Of a stretch of DNA of 64,000 nucleotides, positions 41,363-52,969 are shown in pieces. The translations under genes were made by a program, and so were the position numbers. Numbering within the stretch: the stretch's first letter is position 1; each line of letters starts with the position of its first letter. The notes below the pieces were generated by a model that had not been told where the DNA came from, made no database searches, and saw nothing but the letters and a program-made list of their open reading frames with translations. This DNA comes from Octopus sinensis (lineage: Eukaryota), in assembly GCF_006345805.1 (NCBI RefSeq), contig NC_043012.1:38502001-38566000 (forward strand). The letters are read 5' to 3'.

Positions 41363-42990
41363 TCTTTCTTTATTACCCACTAGGGGCGACACAGAGGGGA
41401 CACCACAAAACATTGGGGACATAGAACATTATAATTAATAGTATGGAGAATGAATTTTTAGAATGATAAGTGATAATATGAAAGCGATGCTGACGGCCCC
41501 ATCCGCCAGCACCACTTACCTGTCCTTCACAAACCCTTCGTCACCTATCATCTCCAACCAAAAGTCCCTCTTTTCTTATCACTTTCTCAAATATCCTTTC
41601 ATACTCTTTTATCTTCTCATTCGAAAATTCCATCTCAATCGCTTTTACGCCCTCATTTACACACATCTTCCTTGTGTCCATTACTTCCTCTTCCACCACC
41701 AAATAACTCCCATCTTCTTCCTCATACCATGCTTCTTTACCAAAGACTCTTGTTGAGTTCTCATTGTCTTCCTATTTTTTTACAAAACATAAAAAATGGG
41801 ACTTGGGCTCTTGTTTACTCTGTATGTCTGCGTTTTTAGGTTTTCTTGTAGGCGGGGAGTGGGTGGGATCATTGCTTGCAGGGGAAGGATGGGGCTCAGA
41901 GGGTGCGGGTGGTGTTGGGGTTGATTGGGGTTCGATAAAGTTCACTTTCCTTCTTTTTCTTTTTTTCCTTACGTCTTCCCACTCAGTTTGGGCCTCCTTC
42001 TCCTCCTCAGATTCTTCCTCCTCAACTTTTTCCGGCTCCGTCTCCTCCTCTTCCTGGATCACTGTTTCCTTTTGTGGGGGAGGGCAGTAGGCTCTTATGT
42101 GGCCCCTCAGGCCACACTTATAGCACCTTGGTGCTCTGACCTCCACCCACACTCTCATTACTATATTCCCTAAAATTATGCTGTCCGCCATCTTCTCCAG
42201 TGCACCCTCCTCTGCTTGAACGCTCATTTCTAGCGTTTTGCCACGTAAACCTTCATTTTTTACGGTCGCTTGTAAAATGTCCGTCTCTTCTTCCACATCT
42301 TTTATAATCGCCGCGACAACCCATTCACCCTCTATGTGGGGGGGGGGGTATCCCTTCAACTCTTATTCTATTTATTCTTTGGTTCATGTAGGAGGGTAAC
42401 AATATTACTTTTTCAGTTTTTATTGTCTTTGTTGCCATTTTCCTTGCTATATTTTTGCTTTCGAACTGCACTCTTATAGTTCCGAACTCGTTTCCTCTCG
42501 TCATGAATGTGATTTCTTCCTTCTCTCTTCTCAGCGCCTCCTCAATATCTTCCATTCTTATTATTTCTACTTTCCTGTTATCCTTTCCATATGTCCGGTA
42601 TTTTGTAATCCTCTTCATAAACCATTCTTCTCGTTTCTCTGGCGGAAGTAGTTTTACCTCACCACCTGCTTTAGTTATGTAAGCTTGAAAACCTGGTAAT
42701 TTTTCTAGGTTTATCTCCTTCTCCTCCGTCGTCTTCTTTTTTGCAGCTCCCGCGTACGTCTTCCCGGTTTTAATATTATTCACAGCGCCAGTCAGCTCGT
42801 CCTCAGAGTCGGTGCCTCCGACAAGGTCTCGAACAACCATTCCTCCTCCGACTCTTCCATCAGAGAGGGGTCGTCCATATCCTCTTGTCTGTCTCACACA
42901 GAAAGACAACGGCCGCCAGAGCAGAAACAGTATAACACGAAACCGTATCAACAAACGTACAACAAAATTCAACAACAACAATTTTCTAAC
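41363..42990 (-). mobile_element. ORF1-only (half-LINE-like) non-autonomous retroelement
   Basis: A gag-like ORF followed within ~180 bp by the tail gtcccctctgtgtcgcccctagtgggtaataaagaaa; no ORF2. The 5' boundary is approximate. Confidence 0.7.
41541..42840 (-). pseudogene. L1/Tx1-like ORF1 nucleic-acid-binding protein with CCHC zinc knuckle (1 frameshift, 1 premature stop)
   Basis: MVVRDL..TYAGAA..RINRIRVEGIPP / ..RAPRCYKCGLRGHIRAYCP..EWEDVRKKRKRRK. Frameshift in the poly-C at ~42340; after the TAG at ~41772 the frame continues to ..EGLLVGDDR*. Confidence 0.8.
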
Positions 42991-43534
42991 TTACTTTTTG
43001 TTCTCAGACATCGTCTTCTTTACCTCTTCTTTCTAGCATGTCCGAAGTAACATTTCTGTCCCCCAATTTCTTTTTTTGTTCTAAATTTCTTCCGATTCCC
43101 ATGTTTGCGATACAGGAAATTAGGATTTCACTCACAAAGCACGTTCTCAATATTTCAATTTTTTCCTCTCTACAGCAAGTTCATTTGTCATTTGTTTTCA
43201 AACTTTTATTCTTGGTAATCCATGGAGAAAAATCCGAGTGTACGAAGCATTAAGAATTTTACCCATCACCTCACCACTTTCTAAAAGCTACACATCCCAA
43301 TGTTTCGCTTTTAGCTTTTTGGAATGCGGGGAAGTTTCTTCAGAAATAACGTTGTGTAACTGTTGTCTCTGCAATGAGGGGTTTTCTGGCGGAAGTATGG
43401 TATTTATAAGTCTATCATTTCAGTAAAATTCAACGCATGCAGGAAACATCAGAGAAAAGATTGGGAAATTTTAGCCTTTTGAAACCCGGTAGGTAACTGG
43501 TGGGCGAGGCGCTACCTTACTGGGACCTAAATAC

Positions 43535-43634
43535 GCCGGCGACTGTTGTCGAGCGATGTCGGTGGGGGGGGAGGTACAGACACAGACACACAAATATATA
43601 CACACACACGCAAACGCACACACACACATATGCG

Positions 43635-43670
<36 letters not shown>

Positions 43671-44060
43671 TATATATATACACACGAAGGGATTCTTTCA
43701 GTTTCCGTTCACTAAATTCACTGATAAGGCTTTGGTTGACCGCAGATCATAGAAGAAGGCACTTGGCCATATTGCCACGCAGTGGGACTGAAGCCGGAAC
43801 CATGTGATTGGGAAATAATTTTCTTACTACACACCCACACCTGCACACATGCACACACACACATGCACACAAACACGCACACATACATACACACACACAC
43901 ACACAGACATACAAACACGCACACACACATATATACGACAGGCTTCTTTCAGTTTCCGCCTACCATATTGATTCATAAGTGTTTGGTCAGCCCCGGGGCC
44001 ATACGGGTTTGGTACAAACCACCAGCCCAAGGTGCCACGCACTGAGACAGGCTCAGAACT
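43535..44060 (-). mobile_element. Two adjacent SINE family A copies/heads
   Basis: Reverse complement of the SINE A head at 43685-43830 and 43930-44060. Confidence 0.75.
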
Positions 44061-45124
44061 CTTGGATTGCAAAGCAATATTCGCACCGCACAGATAAGCC
44101 AGCGCATGTGCACGCACACACGCACACACAGATATACACACATGCACGACCGCACACACACACGAGCGCACGCAAATACACGCGCTCGCGCACACACGCA
44201 CATACACGCGCAGACCCGCGTACACACACGCACACTTGCACACACATACACACACGCACACAGACACGCGCGCACACACACGCGCACACAGACACACACA
44301 CATACACGCGCGCACACAACATACACAGACCCGCGCACACACACACGTACATGCATATCTGTGCATCATACGTTTTTTGCTTTTCCCAATACGTGCATAA
44401 GTGTGTGCACGTTCTGTGCTGTAAACGCCGCCATCAGTTCAACGTGACCGCACAGATTCCATGAAATCTCAAATATACCTTTTGAAATAAGGAAGAGCGA
44501 CCAAAACATGGCAATAAAAACTAAACCAAAAAAAAAAAATTCCTAGAAAACCAAAACTAGTCAGTGTACGACGTACACAAATGGCAAGTCAAGCAATCTA
44601 CGCGAAACAATATTTCATATTCCTGGTTTTTCTAAAAGCAATCGAGGACCAACTCCGGCGCTATTAAGGAATCTCAGTTTGATATCTCCATGGAAAATTG
44701 GCATTAAAAGGCAAAGTCTATTTTAGCTCTAATTTCTAGTAAATGTCCTCGTACGATTCTTAATTCCTTCTCCTCTGGTATAGTTATTCTAGTTATTTGC
44801 TTATAGTTTTTGTGTTGTGTTGTTGATGTACATAATTATATATATATATATACAAATTGAGATAGGGGTTTGTACTCATATTTATATTTACTTATATTTA
44901 TATTCTCTTTTATATATATTCTACTTATTATACAACATTACTCTTTTATGTACACTTTTTTATGTACATTCCTTTATGTACACTGATTTGTTCTGCTTTT
45001 TTATATTTAACCCTACAGTCTCTTATGTGGTGGTTTAATAAAGTATGTGATTGAATATTATCTGGTAATTGATATTTGATTTAGATGTATTTCTCCATTT
45101 TCTTATCTTGTATATATATGTATG

Positions 45125-45193
<69 letters not shown>

Positions 45194-45284
45194 CAAGCAT
45201 GGCCGGAGTCAAATGACTGAAACAAGGAAAAGTATACACATATACACGCGCACGCACACACACAGACACACACAGATGCACACA

Positions 45285-45319
<35 letters not shown>

Positions 45320-45650
45320 GCACACACACACACACACACACGCACACACACACACACACATACACACTTACATCATTTTCGTTTCGCATATAATCTTTGC
45401 ATTACGCTCAGTCGCTTCATTTGTTTCCCGCTCACTCCAGATTCTCTTTCTTCCTCAGATAAATACAGTGACACACACGCACACACGCATGCATGCTCAC
45501 ACGCATGCATGCACACACCTACAGACATACACACACACACATGCACACCCACACACATATACACACACTCCTAAACAAACTCGACAAGGCGTTCGTATTT
45601 GCGTATTCTAATACGCCCACACGCCCACACGCTCACACAGAGAAGGAACT

Positions 45651-45700
<50 letters not shown>

Positions 45701-45983
45701 GAGAGGGGGGGAAGAGACGATGGTTTACACTGGTGTGAACTGCAATTAAGCGAAACATAATTCCTCGATATTGTTAGGTAGAGAGAATAACATTTATTTT
45801 AAATCTGAAATTAGCAGGATTCCATATTCGCAGATTCTCCTTTCTGGCAACGGAAACAATAATGTCCAAGAAGGAATTCTCTCTCTCTCCCCCTCTGTTT
45901 CTCTCTCTCCCTCTCTTTCTCTCTCTCGCTCTCTTCTCTCTGTTGTTCCTGCTTTAATTAAAGTATATATATATACATACACA

Positions 45984-46069
45984 AGATAAGGGCAGAAGAA
46001 AAATTCTAATGCCAGATACGCCGAAGCAAAAAATTGTCGATAACCAGAATTTTTCTTCTGCCCTTATCT
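45984..46069. repeat. Perfect 24-bp inverted repeat with 38-nt spacer (mini-MITE-like)
   Basis: agataagggcagaagaaaaattct (45984-46007) / agaatttttcttctgcccttatct (46046-46069). Confidence 0.85.
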
Positions 46070-46162
46070 CGTAAATTATGTATAAATTTTACCTTTAAAG
46101 GCATTTTTTGACATGCTGGCCATTGATAAAATATTTTCCCGAAAAAAATTTGATCCTATATC

Positions 46163-46201
<39 letters not shown>

Positions 46202-46313
46202 CACACACATATGACAGATGTAAATAGATGCTCTTATAATAAAAATTATTTAAATCTAAAATTATGCATACAAATTATTTATTAATTTTTATAATGTGAA
46301 TATTTAGTGTTCA

Positions 46314-47273
46314 TTAGACCTGTCCTTTACATTTTTTCAATGCAAGGACCCTATTGGGCATTTTACTGATCAGATGACGAATATTCTCTTCAGGATTTTC
46401 TTGCCAAGTCTTATTTAGTAATCTCAAAAGATCTTGTTTTGAAGATGCTTTCTTGTTCTTTTTATGAAGTGTCCTGTCCATTATGTCCCTGAGGTGTTCA
46501 ATAGGGTTCATATCTGGTGACTGACTTGGCCGTGAAAGCTTTATAATGCCAATCCTTTCCACCAAATCTTGGGTCATTTTAGCCGTGTGACAAGGAGCCC
46601 CTTCTTCTATAAATGAAGAGTCTTCTTTAACCATTTCACCACTTGAGAAATTTGGAAGGAGGAGTTCTTTCCGCAATATGGACATATATATATATATATA
46701 TCCGAGTTTGTATTTCCTTCACACTTCACCAGCTCTGAGTGACAATTGCTCGAAAATGCTCCCCAGATCATCTCAGAATATCTACAATGTTTCATTGTTG
46801 GCTGCAATCTTTTCACATCAAATTCAGCAAATCTGGACTCATCAGAGAATATGACAGTGTCCCAAAACGCTAGTGGCCTCTCCACCATCTCACAGGCCCA
46901 ATATTTTCTCCGCTTGATATTGGCTGGTCAAAGAAGTGGCTTCTTTCTTGCTGCTCTGCCATAGTAACCAAGTTTGTGGAGATACCTGACAGCTGTTCTT
47001 GGATTGATACTAACTTTTTCTGCTATGTCAGAGACCTTGAAACGTAGATTACCTGTACACTTCTATTAACGAAGAGAAAGTTCCTCTCAGAGGGCCCTGG
47101 TCAACCTGTGTGTGGTAGCGTGGGCTCCTTCTGGTGATTTACACTATTATCCTATTAACTGTAGAAAGCGGGATCCCAAGGTTTTCTGCGATTTTACGCT
47201 ATGTACACCTTCAGATTGATTCAAAATATGGCCTCTTTGAACTTCAGACAGTTCCAATGTTTCTTTTGTACAT
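46314..47273 (-). pseudogene. Tc1-like (DD34E) transposase pseudogene
   Basis: ELSEVQRGHIL (N-terminal), WDTVIFSDESRF, MIWGAFS, EEGAPCHTAK and PSQSPDMNPIEHL in successive frames. Confidence 0.9.
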
Positions 47274-47417
47274 AGCAGGATTAAGCAATCACATATAGCA
47301 CCTGAAATATAAAAATGTCAATTAAGAAAAATTATAAACCTTTACAAGTTAGAATAAACATAAAACGATGTTTTATGGAGTGTTTATTTACTTCTGCCTT
47401 GTGTGTGTGTGTGTATG

Positions 47418-47452
<35 letters not shown>

Positions 47453-47481
47453 GTTTGTGCGTCCATATATACATATATATA

Positions 47482-47720
47482 TGGAGGCACGTGGCTTAGT
47501 AGTTAGGGTCTCAGCATTATGATCGTAAGATTGTGGTTACGATTCCTGGACCGGGCGACTCGTTGTGTTCTTAAGCAAAACACTTCATTTCCCGCTGCTC
47601 CAGTACACTCACCTGGCAAGAATGAGTAATGCTGCGATGGACTGGGGGGGAGAATACATACGCCATAGAAACCGGGAAACCGGGCCCATGAGACTGGCTA
47701 GGCTTGTAAAGGGCGCATAA
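47482..47720 (+). mobile_element. SINE family C
   Basis: ggaggcacgtggcttagtagttaggg..gattcctggaccggg..ctgcgatggactgg..agaaaccgggaaaccgggccc; matches 62013-62262. Confidence 0.9.
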
Positions 47721-47731
47721 AGAAAAAAAAT

Positions 47732-47805
<74 letters not shown>

Positions 47806-47989
47806 ACCGTATTTGATGGCTTAAAAGACGCACAAGCATATTACACGTAGCCTGATTTTAGTAGCACATATTCAAGTTGGGGAAATAAGGTTGGCTTACG
47901 AGAGGCGCGACAAGGATATGGCCCCGGGTAATTTTTTAGACCCTTCATTTTTAAGATGTTCAGCTTATATATCATAAAATATGTACGTG

Positions 47990-48362
47990 TGTCTGTATGG
48001 TAAGAAGTTCGCTTCCTACCAACAGGGTTCGAGTTTAGTCCCACTGCACAGCACCTCGGTGGCTTCTAGTCTACCCAGGTGGTGATCGAACGTTTTTGAA
48101 TGGGTTTGGTAGACTGAAAGTGAAAGAAACCCACCGTGCATGTGCATGTGAGTCTATGCCTGTTGTATACGCATACGTGTCTGTCTCCAGTACCGCTTGA
48201 CAACCGATGTTGGTGTGTTTACGCTCCCGTGACGTAGCTGTTGGAGAAAAAAGATCGGTAGAATAAGTACCAGGTTTGAAAATACAAGAATTGGGGTCGT
48301 GCCGTTTGACAAGAATTCTACAAGGCCAGGAATGACTGCAAGATGACTAAAACAAATAAAGA
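47990..48362 (+). mobile_element. SINE family A, diverged
   Basis: Head and 3' body motifs present, with short internal low-complexity sequence. Confidence 0.75.
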
Positions 48363-48499
48363 ACAGTGTGTGTGTGCGTGTTTGTGTGTCTGTCTGAGTG
48401 TGCGTGTTTGTGTGTCTGTGTGCGCGTGTGTGCGATTTATTAAAATATCAGTATGAATGAATCACTACGCATAGTGACATTTAAAAATGTTTCCACGAT

Positions 48500-49225
48500 C
48501 GAAGATACCCTCATCGATACGTACAGGACATATGTAACATTCAACTGAAAGACCATATGGGCTTCGACGTCTCTCCTATCCCAGATCATATATGGTTTGT
48601 TTGATTGAATTGTCTGGTCTGTATAGGCTAGAAAACTGCAGAATACTGATAGCTTTTCTCCTATGACCGATTCTGGATGGTCTTCATACCCTGTAGCGAC
48701 ACTTTTTATTTTCTTAATTTCTGACCATATTTTAGTCTTAGCCGGGGCCATGTTTTAGTCTCTGAGCGACCATTGCTCCAAATTGCTCTCCATACCATCA
48801 CAGAATAGCTGCCAGGTTTCATTATTGGCCGCAATAATTTCACATCAAATTCTTGATCACAGAGTCTCAAGACCAAAAATCGACTACTGTCAGAAAATCC
48901 AGCAAATAAGGCGGTGAGCTGGCAGAAACGTTAGCACGCCGGGCATAATGCTTAGCGGTATTTCGTCTGCCGTTACGTTCTGAGTTCAAATTCCGCCGAG
49001 GTTGATTTTGCCTTTCATCTTTTCGGGGTCGATATATTGAGTACCAGTTACGTACTGGGGTCGATGTAATCGACTTAATCCGTTTGTCTGTCCTTGTTTG
49101 TCCCCTCTATGTTTAGCCCCTTGTGGGAAGTAAAGAAATAAGAAAATACAGCAAATCAAGAATCATTGGAGATTATGACAGTGTCCCAAAATACTAGTGG
49201 CCTCTCCACCATTTCATTGGCCCAA
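48500..49225 (-). pseudogene. Second, more decayed Tc1-like fragment interrupted by a SINE B (48908-49140)
   Basis: 49148-49225 matches 46825-46900 and 48760-48815 matches 46735-46790. The SINE has a ~16-bp TSD agaaaat[c/a]cagcaaat. Confidence 0.7.
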
Positions 49226-49429
49226 ACGCGGTCATAATAATTGCTATAAATATTTGCTATGAATAACGTATAGCCTCAGATGTGATGATCTTTTGATTTG
49301 TCAAGCTGCATCCGTGGTTTGTACCATTTTTTAATGCATCGCTTTGAGAGATTCTTGGAAACTTATCTGGGCTTTATGATGACAATACCATTATATATAG
49401 CTCCAGCGGTCATTCGTTATTCTTCTATT

Positions 49430-49646
49430 CGTTTAGTCTTTAACGTCTTACCTACATTTGACTGCGCCCATGCTGGAGCACCACCTTAAAGCGTTTGTAG
49501 TAGAAGTAATCGACTCCAGGATATATTCTTTGTAAGCCTAGTACTTACTCTATCGGTGTCTTTTGCCGAAATGCTAAACACACCAGTATCTCTTGTCAAG
49601 CGATGGCGGAGGCCAACACACACACACAAACACACACAAATATATA

Positions 49647-49731
<85 letters not shown>

Positions 49732-49902
49732 ATAATATATATAGCGGTGGGCTTCTTCCAGTTCCCCTCTACCAAATCCACACATAAGACATTGGTCGGC
49801 CCGAGGCTATAACAGAAGTCACTTGCTCAAGGTACCACACAGTGGGACTGAACCCGGAACCATGTGGTTGAGAAGTAAGATTCTTACCACACAGCCACGC
49901 CT
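49430..49902 (-). mobile_element. SINE family A, complete, internal (TA)n
   Basis: Reverse-complement match to 1938-2520. Confidence 0.88.
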
Positions 49903-50171
49903 ACATCTTAATGATAAAATTGTGGTAATCAGCGCAATCACAGATTAGCGGAATACCATCCGAAAAAAAAGAAAACATATAAAAAACAAAACGGAACACC
50001 GATGAGTATTAATTATATAATTTTATTGATCTTGTACATTTGTTGCTTGTCTTTTTGCTGTTTGTCTTTAATGTTTGTTTTATATTTTCTCGTAACTATT
50101 TGCATATACCTTTTGCGTAGCTCTAGAATCAATATCGCCCATCCCAGTCGATCTGCCATCTTTATGTGTGC

Positions 50172-50226
<55 letters not shown>

Positions 50227-50302
50227 TGTATATATATATATAAATATGTATATATGTATATATATATATATATAAATATGTATATATATATATAAATATG
50301 TA

Positions 50303-50376
<74 letters not shown>

Positions 50377-51017
50377 CATACATATGTATGTAAGTCTGTG
50401 TGTATGTTTTATGTGGGTATTATTTCACTGGAAAGTGTCACAAGCTATTTTCCTATTATGTTCAATATAACAAACACATTTTGTTCAACACTCATATGTT
50501 CTTACACACATACAATCAACTAACCGCGCATATACATATAAGTTGCTATATACGCAATACATTAATACTTCTTAGAAGTCCACATTTAAAAGGTTTCGTC
50601 AGAAAGGTATAACGGATGACGACCGAGAATGGAAGCTTCACGTTATAAGGTTCTCAGCCATGTCCCATTCATCATAGTCCGTACGTCAATGGAGTTTTTG
50701 TTAGAATTCACGAGAAACGATTTGAGCATGTAATGGCGTGTTGAAGTGAATTCCGTTTTGTGATTCGTTTAGAATCGCTATTTGGTCGTGACGGATGTGC
50801 CAAGATTTTTAGCAAGCAGAAAATACTGTATGTTCCAAAATTCATTTTTTTTTTGCTTTTTCTTGTAAAAAAAAAATGCGATAATATTTATACTCCAATA
50901 TTTACGCATATTGCAGAGGTCAGATGAAAATGGAATTCGTTCAACTGGAAGTTGTATCAGTGCATGGCAAGCATCACGTTTTGTACATTGATACACATAC
51001 ATACATACATACATACA

Positions 51018-51053
<36 letters not shown>

Positions 51054-51082
51054 TATATTATATACATATATATATGTATATA

Positions 51083-51198
<116 letters not shown>

Positions 51199-51219
51199 TA
51201 TATGTATATATATATATAG

Positions 51220-51435
51220 TGTAAACAAGAGAGACAGAGAAAGGCAGAAACAAGGAAAATGCCACTTATATTTGAACAATATACAAATATTCTTTTAAAA
51301 AAATTTTTCTTTTAATTTTTCTAAATTTAATTATTTAATCGTTACAGTTGAAAAGGTATCAAAATGACTGAAACCGGTACTGAAATGTTCTTTATAAAAT
51401 TATTTTAGCATTTTCCATCTTGACTTGTTTTTTCA
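51220..51435 (+). mobile_element. PLE-like terminal repeat in (TA)n
   Basis: Homologous to 25001-25230 and 13110-13350; contains an HHR variant. Confidence 0.75.
51345..51382 (+). ncRNA. Minimal type I hammerhead, U3-A8 core variant
   Basis: cag-TTGAAAA-ggt atcaaaatg act-GAAA-ccgg-TA-ctg; palindromic CCGG helix III. Confidence 0.7.
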
Positions 51436-51443
51436 TATATATA

Positions 51444-51478
<35 letters not shown>

Positions 51479-51556
51479 CTTATATATATATATACACTTA
51501 TATATATATATATATATATTTATATCACACTAACAACTGCCCCTTTAAGAGCACAA

Positions 51557-51589
51557 GTGTCTGAAAAGGTTTAACGAAAGCTCTCACAC
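51557..51589 (+). ncRNA. Degenerate minimal hammerhead motif
   Basis: gtgt-CTGAAAA-ggtttaac-GAAA-gctc-TC-acac; helix I gtgt/acac, G8>A uncompensated. Confidence 0.4.
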
Positions 51590-52574
51590 ACCAGAAAAAA
51601 ACTCTTCCTAGGAAATGCTAGTAATATCCTCATAAACTGTCTGAACACAAGAATTATATTCATATTACTAATTAACATGCGTTTTGGTCTTAAATCACAA
51701 TCGCTTAAGTGTTAGTGATTTGGGGATTTTGCCTTTTCGTGTACCTATAAGGAGGAATATTCTTAGGTACATGTATATATTTACCTGCTTGTCCATTATT
51801 ACCACCATTCGAATTTTTATTTGCTATCTAGGATGTAAATCCTAATATTATTTTTGTAGGTCTTTTCTATATATTCTTATAGTCCGTATAAGTATGTACT
51901 AGTTGTCTCCCCTTAACTATAATAAACTATAGGATATTTGTTTAACTGTATTCATCTATTTATCTATTTATTTATTCTTATGTTATGTCGAGAAGTTGCA
52001 GAAAGACATAAGCGGCCTCGTACCGCTTATATTGTAGTCTTCTCCCCAGCACCCTTTATTTTACTTCTTTTTCTTTTTCTTTTTTATTTATATATCCACT
52101 GAAACGGTTTTAACTTTTGCCCTTGGTCCAAATATAATTGACCAATTGTAGAGATGGATTGACTTCGGTCTACTCCATTGCGGACAACAGGTGGTGTTCT
52201 CTGTAATATTCCAGTAAGTACATTATCTTAAGAAACCTACGGTATTGTTTTGGATAAATATTAGAAAGAGATGTTTACGATAACATCACTACACCTCTCT
52301 TTCAAGACATGTCAGTAATTTTCTTGCATTCTTTTATTCATTTATTATTTTTTCTAACTTCTTTTCAAAACTTTTAAAACATCTTGGTCCCCGCCTTTAT
52401 ATAGAAATAAGCCGAAAATTCTCTTCCCTAGGCCTTTGCTAGATCATTCTTCTGCCGAGCGACTTCGAAGCCCTACGATGTATGATTTTAATATATTAGG
52501 CTCCCTGGCTTCTTCTCTAGGACGTGTTTTCTTTCCTATTCCCTCTCCCACCTTTTTTTAGACTGTTTTTTATT

Positions 52575-52690
52575 CACTCTGATGAAACTTCATGTTCTAG
52601 TCCGAATATCCTTTGAAGATGAAGAATTCAATTTTTGCAATTCTTTTGTAGGCACTGGCTGACATCGGAAGCGGAAACAGCCGTAAGAAT
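52575..52690 (+). ncRNA. Type I hammerhead motif with ~90-nt helix II domain
   Basis: ct-CTGATGA-aacttc atgt..acat cg gaag cg-GAAA-cagccg-TA-ag. The near-palindromic helix III sits near the end of a ~1.2-kb TA-flanked insert (51525-52780); helix I is short. Confidence 0.55.
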
Positions 52691-52875
52691 TGTTACGTCA
52701 CATAAGCTACAGATGTGGTCCAATTGATTTGTTGATCTGAGGTTTTCTCCATTTTCTAATTATTTAAATTTGATTCCTGATAAACTTTTGTTTATTCTGT
52801 TGCTGCCTGTACTCTACGAGCATAGTGCGCCTGCATATCGATGCCCAGAGATAATAAATAATGAATATTATATGA

Positions 52876-52916
<41 letters not shown>

Positions 52917-52969
52917 ATATACTTGCATGTATATATATACTTGCATGTATATATATACTTGCATGTATG

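Noticed and set aside
43290-43350. Minus-strand CTGAAGA..GAAA-cat tggg atg
   Set aside because: No helix II or helix I, and the cleavage position would be G.
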